A stretch of DNA of 64,000 nt from Patescibacteria group bacterium (GCA_041661685.1 JBAZTY010000004.1:9359-73358); one strand, 5' to 3'; shown: positions 54,732 through 62,560, numbered from the stretch's first letter. Program-made: numbers and translations. Notes: generated by a model from the sequence alone, not told the origin.

Positions 54732-55238
54732 ATGTCAATTGAACAATTAAATCCTGAAACAGGAAACACTAACAAAAATCGCCTAGAGCTTGAACTCAAC
54801 GGCTGCGAGGTTATTGTGGAAGAGAATGAGGTCATCGCCGGACCGGGGAAGGATAACGAGGTCGCTGAATTGATCAGAGAAACGGCGAATGCTCCAAAAG
54901 TGACTATCCGTAAGGATGGACAGCTGTTAAATTGGTCTGAATTTAAGGAATGGCGCAAGAAGGTGCAGGAGGATCCGAAATTCTTTAATGATGAAAAATA
55001 TAAGAAAATCATCATAGCCTTGAACCAGAATCGTCTGTCGAGAGCCAGAATAGATCATATCGGCTCATTCATCAATATGTTGAGTGATAAGCCGCAGGCG
55101 GTTGACTGGAGGGCTCGCTACGAAAAGATAGCCGGCGGAGCGGACGACCAATCGTATATGGTCTTGTCCGAAGGCCTTAGGAACAAGATGATGGACGAGA
55201 TTGATAAGCTAGCCATCGATATCTATAACTCACTCTAG
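54732..55238 (+). CDS. Hypothetical protein (168 aa)
   Basis: Clean ORF divergent from the 98-aa gene. No recognisable motif. Confidence 0.55.
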   Translation: MSIEQLNPETGNTNKNRLELELNGCEVIVEENEVIAGPGKDNEVAELIRETANAPKVTIRKDGQLLNWSEFKEWRKKVQEDPKFFNDEKYKKIIIALNQNRLSRARIDHIGSFINMLSDKPQAVDWRARYEKIAGGADDQSYMVLSEGLRNKMMDEIDKLAIDIYNSL

Positions 55239-55342
55239 AGCCCGATAATCATTCTTGCTTTTTAAGGGCAGTCTGATAGAATAAAATAGTTTTCAATACC
55301 TCATAAGCGGACCCCGAGTCCGCTTATGCTAACTTATATCAT

Positions 55343-56644
55343 ATGCAAGTCACAAAAAAAGATTTAGAAAAATCACAGGTTGAGCTCACCATTGAATTGT
55401 CTAATGAAGAGTTCGCTCCTTATATTGAAAAAGGCGCGGAAAAAGTTTCCCACGAAGTGAAGATCGAGGGTTTTCGTCCGGGCAAGGTCCCGTTCGACGT
55501 GCTTAAGCAGAAGATTGGCGAAATGACTATTCTCGAAGAAGCCGCTCATCTCGCCATCCACAAGACTATCGACGAAGCGATTGATAAGAATACCATGGGC
55601 CGCCAGCCGGTCGGCCAGCCCCAGGTCAATGTCGCCAAGCTCGCTCCGGATAATCCTTTAGAATATAAAGTAATCGTTTCCTTGATTCCGGAAATCGCCT
55701 TAGGAAAATACAAGGATTTGAATATCAAGCCGGAGGAGGCGAAGATCGAAGCTAAGGAATTAGATCGCGCTATGAATGACTTGAGAGAGATGCGCGCCAC
55801 CGAAGTTATCGCCGACAGGGAAATAAAGATGGGCGATAAGGTTGTCGTTGATATCAAGATGTTTCTGGATAAAGTTCCGTTAGAAGACGGCGAGCATAAG
55901 GAATTAGGGTTGCTCTTAGGCAAGGATTATTTCGTTCCGGGTTTCGATAAAAAATTAGTCGGCGCCAAGAAAGGCGAAGTCAGGAAATTCGAGCTGCCTT
56001 ATCCCGACGATCATCACCAGAAGAATCTCGCCGGCAAGATGGTCGAGTTCGAGGTTGCTATCAAGGAAGTCTATGACCGTGTTTTACCGGAATTCAATGA
56101 TGAGTTCGCCGCTTTTTTCCAACTTAAGACCCTGGATGAATTAAAGAAGAATCTAGAAGAGAGCTTGCTGCACGAGAAAAAGCATCATGCTGATCTGAAG
56201 AATGAATCCGAATTGCTTACTAAGATAATCGAGGATACTAAATTCGGTGATATGCCGGAAGAGATCATCCAGAACGAGCTTAAGAGCATGCTGGCTGAAT
56301 TAGAACAGAGCGTCGTCCGCCAAGGCGGTAAATTTGAAGACTATCTTTCCAGCATCAAGAAGGATAGGGCGGGATTAATGATCGAGATGGCGCCTAACGC
56401 CGTCAAGCGCATTAAGTCCGCGCTCGTTATCCGTGAATTAGCCGTCGTCGAGAAGATCGCTCCGACCGAGAAAGAAATCCACGAGAAGATCGATGAACTT
56501 AAGAAACAATATGCGGGCAATAAGGAAGTCACAAAGATGCTCGAAGAAGAGCACTATCATACCTATCTCAGTAATATCATGACTAACGAGAAAGTCATCA
56601 CGAAATTAAAAGAATGGAACTATGCCACCCCTGGCACAAAATAA
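55343..56644 (+). CDS. tig: Trigger factor
   Basis: N-terminal ribosome-binding signature GFRPGKVP, a central FKBP-like domain and a C-terminal helical arm domain. Confidence 0.92.
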   Translation: MQVTKKDLEKSQVELTIELSNEEFAPYIEKGAEKVSHEVKIEGFRPGKVPFDVLKQKIGEMTILEEAAHLAIHKTIDEAIDKNTMGRQPVGQPQVNVAKLAPDNPLEYKVIVSLIPEIALGKYKDLNIKPEEAKIEAKELDRAMNDLREMRATEVIADREIKMGDKVVVDIKMFLDKVPLEDGEHKELGLLLGKDYFVPGFDKKLVGAKKGEVRKFELPYPDDHHQKNLAGKMVEFEVAIKEVYDRVLPEFNDEFAAFFQLKTLDELKKNLEESLLHEKKHHADLKNESELLTKIIEDTKFGDMPEEIIQNELKSMLAELEQSVVRQGGKFEDYLSSIKKDRAGLMIEMAPNAVKRIKSALVIRELAVVEKIAPTEKEIHEKIDELKKQYAGNKEVTKMLEEEHYHTYLSNIMTNEKVITKLKEWNYATPGTK

Positions 56645-57080
56645 AAAAGCGGGATTTGATTATGAGATACTGGATAAGTATGAGGCCGGTTTAGTTCTGC
56701 ATGGCCATGAGGTCAAAGCTGTACGCGCCGGCCAGGTCAGCCTGAAGGGCAGTTTCATCTCTATCCGCACTAAGAGCGGGAAAACCGAGCTTTATCTCAT
56801 CGGCGCCCAAATATCCCCCTATAAGGCCGCTGGGCCCATGCCGGACTATAATCAGACCAGGGAGCGGAAATTGCTCCTGAAAAAAGAGGAAATTAACCAA
56901 TTATTAGGCAAGAAGCTGAAAGAGGGCTTGACACTTATCCCCCTCAAAATATATACTAATCATAGTTTTCTGAAGCTTGAATTCGCTATCGCCCGCGGCA
57001 AGAAGAAATTCGATAAGCGCGAGGCGATTAAGAAGCGAGAAGTCGACAGGAATCTACGGTCATTGACAAAGAGGCGCTAG
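56622..57080 (+). CDS. smpB: SsrA-binding protein SmpB
   Basis: QNKKAGFDYEILDKYEAGLVLHGHEVKAVR and a basic C-terminal tail. Immediately upstream of the tmRNA gene. Confidence 0.92.
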   Translation: MPPLAQNKKAGFDYEILDKYEAGLVLHGHEVKAVRAGQVSLKGSFISIRTKSGKTELYLIGAQISPYKAAGPMPDYNQTRERKLLLKKEEINQLLGKKLKEGLTLIPLKIYTNHSFLKLEFAIARGKKKFDKREAIKKREVDRNLRSLTKRR

Positions 57081-57101
57081 CGCCTCGAAACTATGATTAC
57101 T

Positions 57102-57487
57102 GGGGATGAAAGGCATCGACAGCCGGACCTTTCTCTAAATATTCAAGACGCGCTTAGCTATCCGCGTTAAACTGACTAAAAAAACACAAATGCCAAATCG
57201 GCAAGAGCATTCACTTGGTTAACTCCGAGTTATGCTCCAGTTATGGCCTAACAAATAAAGCCATAGCCATCGGACACGGCAAGTCTTCATAGCCGTCTCT
57301 CCGGTGTCATCAACATGAAGATAGGCTTCTGCCGCTCTTTCCGGAAGGATGCCGAAACAACAGAAAGATCGTTCCAACCGCTTTTGTCCGGTTTCTGATG
57401 GTTGGAATTAAACAACAAAATCGGTCTACTCTTGTAAATGTGTTTAGATAAACCGACTGGACATGGGTTCAACTCCCATCATCTCCA
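57102..57487 (+). ncRNA. ssrA: tmRNA (SsrA), one-piece
   Basis: 5' GGGGATGAAAGGCATCGAC and 3' GGACATGGGTTCAACTCCCATCATCTCCA form the tRNA-like domain. There is an internal reading frame ending ...TAT GCT CCA GTT ATG GCC TAA at 57248-57250. Adjacent to smpB. Confidence 0.85.
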
Positions 57488-57496
57488 CGTAAATGC

Positions 57497-57583
57497 GCCG
57501 CGGTGGCGGAACTGGTAGACGCGCTGGACTTAAAATCCAGTTGTAGCGATACAGTGCGGGTTCGATTCCCGCCCGCGGCACCA
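57497..57583 (+). tRNA. tRNA-Leu, anticodon UAA (class II, long variable arm, CCA encoded)
   Basis: Acceptor GCCGCGG/CCGCGGC, anticodon arm CTGGA-CTTAAAA-TCCAG, T arm GCGGG-TTCGATT-CCCGC, terminal ACCA. Confidence 0.9.
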
Positions 57584-57607
57584 GTGATTAGTTAGATTAA
57601 GAATATT

Positions 57608-57679
57608 GCGGGTATCGTATAGTGGTTATTATGCGACCTTGCCAAGGTCGAGAGACGGGTTCGATTCCCGTTACCCGCT
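57608..57679 (+). tRNA. tRNA-Gly, anticodon GCC
   Basis: Acceptor GCGGGTA/TACCCGC, anticodon arm CGACC-TTGCCAA-GGTCG, T arm ACGGG-TTCGATT-CCCGT. Confidence 0.9.
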
Positions 57680-57684
57680 CAAAA

Positions 57685-57720
57685 GAAAAAAGACAGGATT
57701 AATCCTGTCTTTTTTCTTTT
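57685..57720 (+). terminator. Rho-independent terminator closing the smpB-ssrA-tRNA unit
   Basis: AGACAGGA-TTAA-TCCTGTCT followed by TTTTTTCTTTT. Confidence 0.8.
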
Positions 57721-57721
57721 C

Positions 57722-57888
57722 GTGTTGAGTTTTGGGAATCGAACTAGTAGCGAGCGAGATATGAGAAGGAGCGGAAGCGACGACGAGTAATCGAGCGACG
57801 ATAAACGCGACCCAGGGAAGCGTTTAGCGGCTACTCTGGACAAGTGAGCTTTTCGCTTGCTGGCGAAAAGCGAGCGCGAAACCCTCCG
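57722..57888 (+). repeat. Purine-rich repeat element, copy 1 (head GTGTTGAGTTTTGGGAATCGAACT)
   Basis: Shares a 21/24-identical head and looser downstream blocks with copy 2 at 59237. Contains hairpins at 57803-57825 and 57848-57871. No ORF of 60 aa or more. Confidence 0.5.
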
Positions 57889-58070
57889 TATCTGTTAAGG
57901 TATAAAAATAGAGTAATATTGGTATATTTTTATTATATTGACAAATATTGACATATTATGTTAAACTTTTTTGTTACATAATCGCTTTAACACCAACACT
58001 GATGTTATCGCTTTCTATCTGTCCTTTAAAATAATTAAAAACAATAACTAAATAAGAAAGGAAAATAATC

Positions 58071-59177
58071 ATGAAAAATCTTGATGTCATCTTTGAAGGC
58101 CTAAAAAGTACCTGGTTTCCCACAAAAGAAGACAAGGCCTGGAAACAATGGGTAGATTTTCGAAATAGGGAAGAAAATGATTTAATTGGACTTTTGACTG
58201 CCGATGTTAAGGAGGGATTTAAAAGAAGAGCCCTGTTTCTTCTTCTTGTTCCTTCCTCGGATTTCAATTCTATTTATTGGAAGAATGAAGTAGGGAAGTT
58301 TTACAAAGGACCGGAATTTTTGCATTCTTTATCTCCATCTCTTCTGGGCTATGTGGCTGAGCTCGTATCCGAGTTCTGTCGTACCCTGAGTCCGATGCAT
58401 TGCGAGCGCCCCAAAAATATTGTCAGTGGCGGTGGCGATATCAGAATTTTTATGCAAGTTCCAGATAAGTTTCATGACGCTTTGAGCTTCTATAATAATT
58501 GTATTCTGGAGTTACTCCCCCTTCTTTCCATTGAACAGGGCGAAAAAATATTTTCGTTGTTTCGTCTTATGGACATTTCCAGCTATTCTGGCATGGAAGA
58601 TGAATCAGGCTATAACCCCTTTAGTTGGTTGTTGAGTGCTAAAGACATCGATGAGAAGTGGAAGAAAATGGCTGATGTTGAGATGCGGAAGATTGTTCAA
58701 AATGAGCTTTCTGGAAAGGTCAAATCCAGGGAAGAGTGGGAGAATGCTTTGAGCTGTTATGCTTCAGTCGTTCAGTCCCAGATTTTTAGCGGACCTAATT
58801 ATTCGGTTGCTATGTTTGCGGAGCAAATGGAGTTTATCGTAGATAATTGTAAATCTAGAATGCAGCCGATAAACGATTGGCATGTTGCTAAAATATTTAA
58901 TATTTTAGCGGCCGATAATTACAAGGATTTACGGTATAAAATTGCTAAATTTGTTGTGTTCGAACGTCAAGGGAAACACTCCGAATTTTCTGTCTATAAC
59001 GAAGAAACGCTTCAAGCGGCGACTCAGATGATTACAGAGTTCGGTGATAACGATTCTGAACTGGCTGACAAATTAACTCAGTTGATTACTATCAACGAAG
59101 AAAAACAAACAGATAATGCAGCCAAGCTATTAAAAAAACAACAAGCGGAAGAAAAGCTATTATCCCAAATGAAGTAA
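58071..59177 (+). CDS. Hypothetical protein (368 aa), ORFan with no recognisable domain
   Basis: Long clean ORF preceded by AAGGAAA and followed by a strong terminator. Predicted mostly helical, with a Lys/Gln/Glu-rich C-terminal tail. Confidence 0.6.
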   Translation: MKNLDVIFEGLKSTWFPTKEDKAWKQWVDFRNREENDLIGLLTADVKEGFKRRALFLLLVPSSDFNSIYWKNEVGKFYKGPEFLHSLSPSLLGYVAELVSEFCRTLSPMHCERPKNIVSGGGDIRIFMQVPDKFHDALSFYNNCILELLPLLSIEQGEKIFSLFRLMDISSYSGMEDESGYNPFSWLLSAKDIDEKWKKMADVEMRKIVQNELSGKVKSREEWENALSCYASVVQSQIFSGPNYSVAMFAEQMEFIVDNCKSRMQPINDWHVAKIFNILAADNYKDLRYKIAKFVVFERQGKHSEFSVYNEETLQAATQMITEFGDNDSELADKLTQLITINEEKQTDNAAKLLKKQQAEEKLLSQMK

Positions 59178-59195
59178 TTTAATTCAAAGTAGGTA

Positions 59196-59229
59196 AATCC
59201 CCAGATGATTTAATTATCTGGGGTTTTTA
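59196..59229 (+). terminator. Rho-independent terminator after the 368-aa gene
   Basis: CCCCAGAT-GATTTAATT-ATCTGGGG followed by TTTTT. Confidence 0.8.
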
Positions 59230-59236
59230 TTAAACA

Positions 59237-59356
59237 GTATTGAGTTTCGGGAATCGAACAGGTTGGAAGCGAGACGCGAGCTGCGGCGAAAGACGCAGAG
59301 AGCGGGCGAGCGTCGGAATAATATTCGATTACCGGCCCCTCTCAAGGGCTCTTTTT
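59237..59356 (+). repeat. Purine-rich repeat element, copy 2 (head GTATTGAGTTTCGGGAATCGAACA)
   Basis: Same orientation as copy 1. Outer helix 59248-59258 with 59324-59334, inner hairpin 59281-59298, then a GCCC/GGGC hairpin plus T-run. Confidence 0.5.
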
Positions 59357-59385
59357 ATTCTCAAAAATTATGCTAGAATTAAATT

Positions 59386-59410
59386 GATGCGGTAGCCAAG
59401 CGGTAAGGCA
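59386..59410 (+). other. tRNA 5'-half-like fragment (acceptor plus D-arm only)
   Basis: GATGCGGTAGCCAAGCGGTAAGGCA. The GCCAAGCGGTAAGGCA part looks like the D-arm of bacterial tRNA-Gln as I recall it. No anticodon or T arm follows. Confidence 0.35.
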
Positions 59411-59446
59411 AAAATTTTAAGACTAGCAGAATCATTATAAATAATT

Positions 59447-60073
59447 ATGACTAAAATCTTCCTCACCTCTTCGGTCCACCTTGTCGCTAAGGACATCGCC
59501 AAGAAGCTCGGTGGAGCCAAGAATAAGAAGCTCCTCTATATCTATACCGCTAGTGAAAAGAAGCCTGGCGAATTATGGCAGAAAATAGACAGGCGGGCTC
59601 TTATTAAAGCAGGCTTTAAAGTTATTGACTATACTATCACCGGTAAGACCGCGGCTATTATAAAAAAAGACGTTCAGGAAAGCGAGGTTATTTATTTTGG
59701 TGGCGGAAACACCTTTTATCTATTACAACAAATCCAGCTCACTAAATCTGCCAGTATATTTCGTAGGGCTGTTGAAGCCGGTAAGATTTATATCGGTACT
59801 AGCGCTGGATCTATAGTCGCCGGACCGGATATTTATCCTTCTTATAGACTCGATGATGTTAAACAAGCCCCCAAGATTAGGGGGTATAAAGGATTGAGTA
59901 TTGTTGATTTTGTTATATTCCCGCATTGGGGTAGTGAACACTTCAGAAGCCGCTATCTAAATCAGCGCCTAGCCTTTAATTATCATACTAAGAACAAGTT
60001 TATCCTCCTCAACGATTATCAGTATATGCAAGTAGAAGGAGATTGGTATCGCATGGTTGAAGTAAAACATTAA
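59447..60073 (+). CDS. Peptidase S51 (dipeptidase E-like) family protein
   Basis: FGGGNTFYLL and the nucleophile elbow IGTSAGSIVAG, with a downstream His (FPHWG). Confidence 0.8.
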   Translation: MTKIFLTSSVHLVAKDIAKKLGGAKNKKLLYIYTASEKKPGELWQKIDRRALIKAGFKVIDYTITGKTAAIIKKDVQESEVIYFGGGNTFYLLQQIQLTKSASIFRRAVEAGKIYIGTSAGSIVAGPDIYPSYRLDDVKQAPKIRGYKGLSIVDFVIFPHWGSEHFRSRYLNQRLAFNYHTKNKFILLNDYQYMQVEGDWYRMVEVKH

Positions 60074-60094
60074 TTATAAGGACGCAATAAAAAT

Positions 60095-61186
60095 ATGGAC
60101 ATCAACCAAATCATCATCTACATCCTAGTTTTTTTCATGGCTCTGGGCGCTTTAGATAAATGCATCGGCAATAAGTTCGGCTTAGGTGAAAAATTCGATG
60201 ATGGATTCAAGATAATGGGTCCTTTGGCCATCGCCATGGTCGGGATAATTTCGTTAGCTCCAGTCTTGGCGAAATTGCTCGGCCCGGTCATCGGTCCGGT
60301 CTATTCTTTTTTTGGGGCCGATCCCGCGATGTTCGCTGGCACTCTCTTGGCCGTAGACATGGGTGGATACCAGCTCGCAGTCCAGATGGCCAAAACTGTC
60401 GATGTCGGTTTATTTTCTGGAATAATCTTAGGATCGATGATGGGGGCGACTATTGTCTTCACTATACCAGTCGCTCTCGGAATGATTAGGAAAGAAGACC
60501 ACAGATTTCTGGCTATCGGCGTCTTGGCTGGATTAGCGACTATTCCGTTCGGCTGCTTGATTGGCGGGTTGCTGGCTGGCTTTTCTTTAAAGATGATTCT
60601 GATAAATCTTGTCCCAGTAGTAATTTTTGCCGCCCTGGTCATTATTGGTCTTTGGTTCTTCCAGGAAAAAATAATCAAACTTTTTCATTGGTTCAGTAAA
60701 TTCATCATGATAGTAATTACGATTGGTACGGCAGCAATAATCATCGAGACCTTGACCGGCTTAGTCGTCATCCCGGGGATGGCGCCGATCTGGGACGGAA
60801 TAAGGATAGTCGGGTATGGAGCTATTATCTTGATGGGGGCTTTCCCGATGATTTATGTCATTACCAAAGCGCTCAAGAAGCCGCTCTTGAAGCTCGGCCA
60901 CTTCTTGGGAATAAATGAGGTGGCCGCCTCCGGCATGGTCATTTCTTTATGCAATAATATACCCGCGATCAGCCTGACGAAAGATATGGACGACAAAGGG
61001 AAAGTCTTGAATTTTGCTTTCGGAGTCAGCGCCGCTTTTATTTTTGGCGAGCAGCTAGGGTTGGTAGCCAGCGTTAATCAGTCTATGATTTTTCCCATGA
61101 TAATCGGCAAGCTTAGCGCCGGTATCTTAGCGGTCGCTCTGGCCTATTGGCTAGTCTCGCGGACAGATATTTTAAAAGCTAAATAG
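60095..61186 (+). CDS. eutH: EutH-family ethanolamine permease-like membrane protein
   Basis: N-terminus INQIIIYILVFFMALGALDKCIGNKFGLGEKFDDGF..GPLAIAMVGIISLAPVLA closely follows the EutH pattern. About 10 TM helices. Confidence 0.85.
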   Translation: MDINQIIIYILVFFMALGALDKCIGNKFGLGEKFDDGFKIMGPLAIAMVGIISLAPVLAKLLGPVIGPVYSFFGADPAMFAGTLLAVDMGGYQLAVQMAKTVDVGLFSGIILGSMMGATIVFTIPVALGMIRKEDHRFLAIGVLAGLATIPFGCLIGGLLAGFSLKMILINLVPVVIFAALVIIGLWFFQEKIIKLFHWFSKFIMIVITIGTAAIIIETLTGLVVIPGMAPIWDGIRIVGYGAIILMGAFPMIYVITKALKKPLLKLGHFLGINEVAASGMVISLCNNIPAISLTKDMDDKGKVLNFAFGVSAAFIFGEQLGLVASVNQSMIFPMIIGKLSAGILAVALAYWLVSRTDILKAK

Positions 61187-61202
61187 AATAATTAGTTCAA
61201 TA

Positions 61203-61234
61203 AAAAAGCCGTTTCCCGAAAGAAGCGGCTTTTA
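61203..61234. terminator. Bidirectional terminator-like hairpin between eutH and the convergent 126-aa gene
   Basis: AAAAAGCCGTTTC-CCGAAA-GAAGCGGCTTTT. Confidence 0.6.
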
Positions 61235-61249
61235 AGTAACTTTTTATTT

Positions 61250-61630
61250 TTATTCTTCGTCACCATTCATGAGCTCCATCAGCGCTCCTTTGAGCATTTT
61301 TTTTACCATTAATTTTGCTAGCGGAGTGTCATTGTTGTCCATAACCCCGGCTAACGCGTCTTTCAGGTCCGTCAGGCTGAAACAGGCACAGGGCATATTC
61401 GCTTTTAGCAGATCCATATTATCTCCGGCATAGACAACCACGTTATTATTGTTGTTATGGTCACCTATTTTGCGGATAGATTCTAGCGTTTCCTCTAAAA
61501 CTTCATGCTCAAGATGGGAGCTGGGAAAAACTATCTGATTGTTGTCATGAGCGATAAGTTCTTTCATTCCGCTAATCAGATATTGCATCTCTTCGGAGCC
61601 TTTCCCAAAGACAATAAAAAGTTTTTTCAT
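61250..61630 (-). CDS. Hypothetical protein (126 aa)
   Basis: Clean ORF with a poly-Asn run (HNNNNNVVV). No recognisable motif. Confidence 0.55.
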   Translation of the reverse strand: MKKLFIVFGKGSEEMQYLISGMKELIAHDNNQIVFPSSHLEHEVLEETLESIRKIGDHNNNNNVVVYAGDNMDLLKANMPCACFSLTDLKDALAGVMDNNDTPLAKLMVKKMLKGALMELMNGDEE

Positions 61631-61813
61631 GGCTTATGATTTTTTGGGTATTATTTATTTTGTTAAGTTGCTTGTTAACAGAACAATATAACATAAGGAC
61701 CAATTATTGTCAATCAGTTAGAATCATTTCTTTGGTAGTGATATAATATAAGAAGCTGACAAGATAATATGATTAGTTCATTATAAGGAAACTTAAAAAG
61801 AAAGGAGCGTATT

Positions 61814-62047
61814 ATGCAACTGCCGACAGGGTTCAGTTCTACTCTTAAGGAATTCAGACAGATGGGCTGGGAAAAACCCTATCCATATCCTGAAGATCCG
61901 AATAAGATAGTTTTCATCAACGGAAATTTGCGTTTAATATTATCCTTAGAGCCGTCGGAAAAAGTGACCGACGAAGAGGAGAGGACCGCCAAGGTTTTTA
62001 GCATCATCGAGATGAAAAACCGTTATAGCGTTCCTAACCGCGCTTAA
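61814..62047 (+). CDS. Hypothetical protein (77 aa)
   Basis: Strong Shine-Dalgarno (AAAGGAG 7 nt upstream of the ATG), an upstream TGATATAAT extended -10, and a downstream hairpin AAGGGGG/CCCCCTT. Confidence 0.5.
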   Translation: MQLPTGFSSTLKEFRQMGWEKPYPYPEDPNKIVFINGNLRLILSLEPSEKVTDEEERTAKVFSIIEMKNRYSVPNRA

Positions 62048-62119
62048 AAAGGGGGAAAACAATCACCCCCTTACTCATTAAATACCCCTCGCCTCTAGGC
62101 AGGGTTAAGATATAAACAT

Positions 62120-62398
62120 ATGAAAATTGAAGGCAACGTGGCCGAGGCAAAAACTAATTTTCACGGTCCCGACGACATGGTCGCTATCCGTAAGAAGATC
62201 GAGGAAGATGTCGAATATGAATTGAACGGCACCGATCCGACTAAGCCGTATCGGCCCGGGACCCTCAGAGATAGTAAAGGCGATTATATAGACACTTTTT
62301 ATAAGATGGTTGAAGCCAGGATGGCTGATCCGGCTGAAATAGAAAAAGTCAGAGATTATTTTGCCGCTAAGAACAGTCCTCTGGCTAATCGGAACTAG
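62120..62398 (+). CDS. Hypothetical protein (92 aa)
   Basis: Clean ORF followed by a strong terminator. No recognisable motif. Confidence 0.5.
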   Translation: MKIEGNVAEAKTNFHGPDDMVAIRKKIEEDVEYELNGTDPTKPYRPGTLRDSKGDYIDTFYKMVEARMADPAEIEKVRDYFAAKNSPLANRN

Positions 62399-62422
62399 TT
62401 AAGAAATTATTCTGGTTGACTC

Positions 62423-62450
62423 AAAAGCAGTCTCATCCGGACTGCTTTTT
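62423..62450 (+). terminator. Rho-independent terminator
   Basis: AAAAGCAGTC-TCATCCG-GACTGCTTTTT. Confidence 0.75.
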
Positions 62451-62560
62451 GTTAAGTTTGGTAATGTTGACATTTTTTCGTATATATTGTAAATTAGAGA
62501 GTTAAAAGTACTTTAAAAATAAAGGCAATCTCAAGTATAAACCAAATAATTCTGGAAAAG

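Noticed and set aside
55300-55328. Strong hairpin ATAAGCGGA-CCCCGAG-TCCGCTTAT upstream of tig
   Set aside because: It has no T-run, and I recognise no known leader motif. It is probably a transcript-stabilising or weak termination hairpin for the upstream ORFan, and is not enough to call a regulatory element.
57287-57472. 61-aa minus-strand ORF in the track
   Set aside because: It lies entirely inside the tmRNA gene (57102..57487), which has clear 5' and 3' tRNA-like ends and sits next to smpB. The ORF is a by-product of the RNA gene.
57725-57744. Considered that the GGGAATCGAAC-containing repeat heads (also at 59240..59259) are 3' ends of minus-strand tRNA genes
   Set aside because: The flanking bases cannot form a T stem (only the G53-C61-equivalent pair). 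The would-be acceptor strand is AACTCAA. No matching 5' half exists within 90 nt. They are therefore not tRNA genes, though derivation from a tRNA cannot be excluded.
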